A DNA stretch of 64,000 nucleotides from Candidatus Poribacteria bacterium (GTDB lineage Bacteria > Poribacteria > WGA-4E > PCPOR2b), in the NCBI GenBank assembly GCA_965215015.1, contig OZ244042.1, forward strand, positions 448,001 through 512,000, written 5' to 3'. The notes under the pieces were generated by a model. It was given only the letters and a program-made list of their open reading frames with translations, ran no database searches and was not told the DNA's origin. Shown here in pieces: positions 58,898-64,000 of this stretch (positions within the stretch are counted from its first letter, which is position 1; every line of letters starts with the position of its first letter). The position numbers and the translations under genes were made by a program.

Positions 58898-60709
58898 ATG
58901 TCCACCTCCTCGCGTTTCGCAAAGTATCTATCGCCGCATCTCGGTTCCGTTGTGTTGGCGGTGGTTTGTGCACTCGTGATTTCCCTCTGCGAAGCGGGAT
59001 ACGCTCACATTTTTGGATACACAATTGAGGCACTCACGCAAATTGCAACCCAGCGTTTTGAAGATGGTCCGATTCAGGTACAATATTTCCATCTTGAAAA
59101 GGTCCTTGACGGCATCAAAATTACTATTACAGACGCAAGCGAGGCCTTTCAATTTATCGGTTGGGTGTTGGTAGGTATCCTTACACTCGTCGTGGTTAAA
59201 GGTGGATTTACTTACTGTAACGATTACCTCATGGCGCGGGTTGGGTATCAACTGATTACCCGCATTCGAAACGAGTTATACGAAAGCATTCTTTTCGCAC
59301 CTTTAGGGGTGCTGAAAGCGCATCGGACAGGGGATTTGATGGCGCGCGTCACAGATGATGTCCGAACATGGCAGTATGCCATTGGATCTACAGCAAACAC
59401 CATTCGCGCAGCTGTCTGCCTCCCTGTCTTTGTCTTAGTTATGCTGTTCCAAAGTGTACAGATGACTTTACTTGCGCTGCTCGTTTTTCCACTGCTTGCC
59501 CATCTGATTAACAGGTTTGGACGACGTATCCATAGCACTAGCTCAGAAATTCAACAACAGACTGGGGACATCTCCTCGCAAGTAAAAGAAACGCTTTTCG
59601 GGCTTAAAATTATCAAGAGTTTTACTGCGGAGGAGGTAGAACGTAACCGCTTTGTCGCAACAAATAAAGGACAGTATCGTGCCGCGATGCGCCGTGTTCG
59701 GCTCACATCGATGTTGCCCCCACTTGTGGAATTTATTAGTGCAATCGGTGTCGCAACCGTGTTTGGATTTGGCTGCTGGCAGGTTGTTCAAGGTCAACTC
59801 AAAATCGGTGGGTTTATCTGCTACATTGCGGTGGCTAGCCTGATGTTTAAGCCGATTAAAACCATTGGGCTCTTCAACAATGTCCTACAACAAAGCCTCG
59901 CTTCCGCCAAAAGAATTTTCTATGTTCTTGATTTTGAGAGAGAGGCGTACAAGCATGAAAAACAGTTGAAACTATCATCGGTTCGTGGCGAGGTTGAGTT
60001 TCGGGATGTCTCCTTCGGATATGAACACGAGCCGGTTGTCAAGCATATCAGTTTTCATGCTAAACCGGGCGAAGTTGTCGCGTTGGTTGGTCGGAGTGGA
60101 AGTGGAAAAACAACTTTACTCAATTTGCTGTCGCGTTTCTACGAAGTGAATTCTGGCGAGATTCTGATTGATGGGATTTCTACCTCCGAAGTGGCATTGG
60201 AAGACCTCAGACGTCAAATCGCAATTGTGCCACAAGAGACTATCTTATTTGATGGAACGGTAATGGAGAACATCATCTATGGCACCTCCGCAGCAACCCG
60301 GGAGGGAGCAATTGAAGCCGCAAAACAAGCAAATGCACACGATTTCATCATTCAAATGCCCAAAGGATATGAAACACAGATTGGCGAATCTGGAGCCAAG
60401 CTATCCACCGGTCAGCAGCAACGTCTCTCGATTGCGCGGGCAATCCTGAAGGATTCCCCTGTCCTCGTGCTTGATGAAGCTACCTCAGCACTTGACAGCC
60501 AATCGGAGGTACTGGTTCAAGCCTCCCTTAAAAACCTGATGGAAGGAAAAACAACCTTTGTTATCGCCCACCGGTTTTCGACGGTTGTTCATGCGAACAA
60601 AATTCTTGTCCTAAATGGTGGGGAGATTGTTGAAAGTGGCACACATCAAGAGCTATTAGCAAATGGAGGGCTATACCAGAAGCTGTGTCAGATGCAGTTT
60701 CGGGGATGA
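58898..60709 (+). CDS. MsbA-like ABC exporter
   Basis: TMD plus GRSGSGKT, LSTGQ signature, LDEATSALD, IAHR. Confidence 0.88.
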   Translation: MSTSSRFAKYLSPHLGSVVLAVVCALVISLCEAGYAHIFGYTIEALTQIATQRFEDGPIQVQYFHLEKVLDGIKITITDASEAFQFIGWVLVGILTLVVVKGGFTYCNDYLMARVGYQLITRIRNELYESILFAPLGVLKAHRTGDLMARVTDDVRTWQYAIGSTANTIRAAVCLPVFVLVMLFQSVQMTLLALLVFPLLAHLINRFGRRIHSTSSEIQQQTGDISSQVKETLFGLKIIKSFTAEEVERNRFVATNKGQYRAAMRRVRLTSMLPPLVEFISAIGVATVFGFGCWQVVQGQLKIGGFICYIAVASLMFKPIKTIGLFNNVLQQSLASAKRIFYVLDFEREAYKHEKQLKLSSVRGEVEFRDVSFGYEHEPVVKHISFHAKPGEVVALVGRSGSGKTTLLNLLSRFYEVNSGEILIDGISTSEVALEDLRRQIAIVPQETILFDGTVMENIIYGTSAATREGAIEAAKQANAHDFIIQMPKGYETQIGESGAKLSTGQQQRLSIARAILKDSPVLVLDEATSALDSQSEVLVQASLKNLMEGKTTFVIAHRFSTVVHANKILVLNGGEIVESGTHQELLANGGLYQKLCQMQFRG

Positions 60710-61028
60710 ATCCTGCCGCTAGCTGAATTGAGGTAACCTGATTCAGCAGAGATAAATAGGTAGACGGACGCTTTCGAGGGTGCTAGACTTTGTTGCGCGG
60801 CAGTAGGAATACTTGATAGATTTTAGGAAACCTGTCAGATATAGAGTACGAAAACTTATAGCTGGGGACTTAAAGGATTTCTGTCGATTTTATCTCTAAA
60901 CTGAATTGGGAGAAAAAACGTCTCAATGATGGTCACGTAAATCCTAAATCAATACGAAGGGTTGACATTGGTACTGGATATGTAGTGATAGTATATGTTC
61001 CTTAATGATGAGAAAGAATTTTTGGTGT

Positions 61029-61565
61029 TCAATCCCAAATTGATTCCTGGAATGCCTTTTTGGTAACTGCACCTTCGAGGTCTGAAGATTTATACACGGC
61101 TTCTGAAAGATCTACTTCGTATAAATAGGCTCCTTTGAGGTTAGCCCCAAACAGGATAACGCCTTTCATCACAGTTGCACCGAAAATCGCATCTTCGAGG
61201 TTGGCATTTTCAAAACTTGTTAGGCTGCCAAACGCATCCGAAACAACCCAATCTGGGGCACCAATTGTGGCGTTGCGTAAATTTGCACCGCGAAAATTTG
61301 TGCCAGAAAGCACCGCACCGCTGAGAAACGCGCCCTCAAGGTCTGCCCCTTCAAAGTTGGCGTTGGTTAAATTCGCCCCAACAAGGAAAACACCTTTCAT
61401 CACCGCGCTTTCAAAGTTGGCATTGGAAAGGTTCGCGGCGTTGAAGTTTGCTTCTGTTAAATCAGTGGAAGTCCCCGACAGATCGATAGCCGTTAAATTT
61501 TCCCCAATAAATGATTCGCCCTGTTGAAGGCGTTTGAGCACATCAGCTTTGGTAAGTTGATTCAT
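61029..61565 (-). CDS. Pentapeptide repeat protein
   Basis: Repeated ANL/ANF/ADL pentamers; RBS GGAGG. Confidence 0.9.
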   Translation of the reverse strand: MNQLTKADVLKRLQQGESFIGENLTAIDLSGTSTDLTEANFNAANLSNANFESAVMKGVFLVGANLTNANFEGADLEGAFLSGAVLSGTNFRGANLRNATIGAPDWVVSDAFGSLTSFENANLEDAIFGATVMKGVILFGANLKGAYLYEVDLSEAVYKSSDLEGAVTKKAFQESIWD

Positions 61566-62058
61566 AGTGACCTCCGGTTGGATAGATGATTATGTAAGTC
61601 GTTGGACAGGATTGTGTTAATATCTCATACCCATGGTATCGACAGCTTACGTGACGAACAAAGAGCATTTCTCAGGTCGCACAGTTGAACACTGACAAAC
61701 CGATATGATTTTCGATAATTAACTTAATTTTTTTGATACTTATTATAACTCAAGTTGCTAGTAGTAGGCATACTCCGTATGCCGTAATCCCTGTTTAATT
61801 ATTCATCGACCTATTTCTGTATGTCTAGCGTTCAGCAGGTCAATGAACCCATAATGACCTTCTTACGCATTACGTTCCACATTCCGTATTCAGGCAGGCA
61901 TCGGAACAACAACTAGCAACTTAGGTTATTATAACATATCAGGTTTCATATTCATTGTATAAATGCGACCAATAAATAGTAGGAGGTTTATGGACTTTTG
62001 TATATTTTTAATTTTTTTAAGGTTCGACAGAATTTAGCAGAATGGAGATGAGTAAAAA

Positions 62059-63375
62059 ATGAGTAAAGAACGTAAATTCACACATAGTGGAGCTGACGAT
62101 GGGCAAGCGGATGAGTTGGAGTTTGAGGACAACAATGAGTTCCTGTCAGCAGGCTCCAGTGATGAAGCGAATGAAATTGATGATGAGGAAGAAAGCATCA
62201 CGGAAAATACAACAGAAGATAGTCTGATTTCTTCTTTTAGACGACGCAGCGATGTCGCTGATAGCACCCGAGATGAAGCTTTTTCTTATCTGCAGGAGAT
62301 TGCTCGCACCCCCCTGCTTACCCCCGAAAAAGAGGTTGAACTGTTTCAACAGTTTGAAGAGGGAAAACAGAAGATAACAGCGTTATTGAATCAATTTCCA
62401 CCTTGTATTTTAGAGGCAGTACGCCCCAAAGCCGGTCGACGACGTGGTGCCAAACAGAAGGAAACGCAGGGTATTTGGTGGAGCCCAATGCACATTGCTA
62501 CACTTTTGGAGCAAATTCAAAAGGAAATCAAGGTCTACCAAAAGCACGTTGAGACGGATGTTACGCCCCCATCAAGCAATCAGATTGAAGAGTGTGAACG
62601 CCTGGCAACGCTATGGATCGATTTACACGACGCTGTTCAAATCATCCAAGACGCGAAGTTGAAAATTGTTGAGGCAAATCTACTGCTTGTTGCAAGTATC
62701 GCCAAGCAGCACAATTTCAACAAATCATCGCTTTCCTTCCTCGACCTCATGCAGGAGGGAAGTGTTGGCTTGATGAAGGCAGTGGAAAAATTTGACCTCG
62801 CAAGAGGGTATCGCTTCAGTACTTATGCGACATGGTGGATTATGCAAGCGATCAAGCGTGCATTAGATCAGCAAAGCCAGACAATTCGCATTCCTTGTTA
62901 CGTTGGGGAAACGCGACGATCTATCAAGCAGGCACAGAGTCGCCTCGCTAAAGATCTCGAGCGCGAGCCGGGCATCAAAGACATTGCTGAAGAGGTAAGA
63001 ATGCCTGAAAGCCGCGTAATCGAAATTCTCCAGAGCACAAAGGGAACGATTTCGCTGGATTCGCCCCTGAGCGAGGCTTCACCCGATGCGACGATTTCTG
63101 ACTTATTGGCTGATGACTCTCAGGTGACTCCCGAGGAGGAATTGCTTTCTAACTCGGAGAAAGAGTCGCTTGAAGCGGTACTAAATACATTAGCGGTTCG
63201 AGAAACGCTTGTAATCAAGCTCCGCTACGGTTTGACCGACGGCACGGAGCACACCCTTGCCGAGATTGGCAGGCGACTTGGCATTAGCCGGGAAAGGGTA
63301 CGTCAAATTGAAGATGAAGCCCTTCGTAAGTTGCGCCATCATACACGAGTGCAGTACCTTCAAGAGCTTCTCTAA
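62059..63375 (+). CDS. RpoD-like sigma-70 factor (probably an alternative sigma)
   Basis: Region 1.2 YLQEIARTPLL; DLMQEGSVGLMKAVEKFD; FSTYATWWI; TLAEIG...SRERVRQIE. Confidence 0.9.
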   Translation: MSKERKFTHSGADDGQADELEFEDNNEFLSAGSSDEANEIDDEEESITENTTEDSLISSFRRRSDVADSTRDEAFSYLQEIARTPLLTPEKEVELFQQFEEGKQKITALLNQFPPCILEAVRPKAGRRRGAKQKETQGIWWSPMHIATLLEQIQKEIKVYQKHVETDVTPPSSNQIEECERLATLWIDLHDAVQIIQDAKLKIVEANLLLVASIAKQHNFNKSSLSFLDLMQEGSVGLMKAVEKFDLARGYRFSTYATWWIMQAIKRALDQQSQTIRIPCYVGETRRSIKQAQSRLAKDLEREPGIKDIAEEVRMPESRVIEILQSTKGTISLDSPLSEASPDATISDLLADDSQVTPEEELLSNSEKESLEAVLNTLAVRETLVIKLRYGLTDGTEHTLAEIGRRLGISRERVRQIEDEALRKLRHHTRVQYLQELL

Positions 63376-63506
63376 CCTTCTTCCGAAGGTTCTTTACCTT
63401 TGGAAGGGTCTTCCTGAAACACAGTGTTGCACGTCTGAGAAGGCAGTAAGATTCGTCGCTCTGTGCCTTCTATTTCATTTCCCAATTTCCGCCTGAACTG
63501 GCAGGT

Positions 63507-63998
63507 TCAAACGTAGACGGGTCTGTTCCAGTTACTATTGATTATCTGCTTTACGAGAGTTGGGTTGCCAGCGAACAGACCCGTGAGCTGCCTAACTCTC
63601 TTTTTGTTATATCTTATTGTCTGACCCGCCTTATCCCATAAGACACCGCCGGCTTCGCGCAAGATGAGGTCGCCGGCACAGAAATCCCACTCGTTTTTAG
63701 GGCGCACGCTAATATAAAGATCGCCTGTGCCTACCGCGAGTCTTGCCAATTTGTAGGTGACGCTGCCGATATATTGGATTTCGCCGACAAGCGGAACTAG
63801 CCCCGTTAACAACCCTTTTTGGTGTTCGGTTTGGCTAACAAGCATTAATGCCTGTTTGAGCGTTTGGCATGGTGAGCAGCGAATCGGCTTGCCGTTGCAG
63901 AACGCACCACCGCCCGCATGAGCGTAAAAGAGCTCCGACGTAGCGGGGTTGTGCAACACACCGATGACCGGTGTTCCCTCGACCACAAGGGCAATCGA
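63507..63998 (-). CDS. CysQ/inositol-monophosphatase family protein (5' end outside the window)
   Basis: GVLHNP...GGGAFCNG, GS..YK, EWDFCAG..ILREAGG. Confidence 0.8.
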   Translation of the reverse strand, partial: SIALVVEGTPVIGVLHNPATSELFYAHAGGGAFCNGKPIRCSPCQTLKQALMLVSQTEHQKGLLTGLVPLVGEIQYIGSVTYKLARLAVGTGDLYISVRPKNEWDFCAGDLILREAGGVLWDKAGQTIRYNKKRVRQLTGLFAGNPTLVKQIINSNWNRPVYV

Positions 63999-64000
63999 AA

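Noticed and set aside
60962-60995. TTGACA promoter
   Set aside because: No acceptable -10 hexamer at 16-18 nt spacing and no co-oriented gene directly downstream

Overview
A 64-kb chromosomal window from a Gram-negative bacterium. It is most consistent with Candidatus Poribacteria (inference from several PhyH dioxygenases, three DUF6785-like membrane proteins, a sulfatase, a GH51 enzyme, and LamG/PD40 remnants ending in a 'V.P..K..T.W..[IL]K' tail). The first 45 kb is mostly catabolic and accessory genes interspersed with MITE/REP-like repeats and IS200/IS605 (tnpB) debris. The last 19 kb is mostly housekeeping (uppP, moeB, lpxL-like, phhB, secA, Trm112, sppA, Clp1-like kinase, msbA-like, a sigma-70 factor). 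Main points of interest: (1) an amino-methyltransferase fused in frame to an AlkA-type DNA glycosylase beside a short restriction-endonuclease-like ORF; (2) a rhodanese-MoeB gene whose conserved Cys codon is an in-frame TGA followed by a SECIS-like hairpin, so probably a selenoprotein; (3) a 1394-aa sacsin/GHKL ATPase with a NucS-like nuclease tail, bracketed by copies of a TIR element; (4) IF-1 with an 88-aa basic repeat extension; (5) SecA with a 72-aa inserted module. No rRNA, tRNA or CRISPR array was recognised. Family names come from motif recognition by eye, not database searches.
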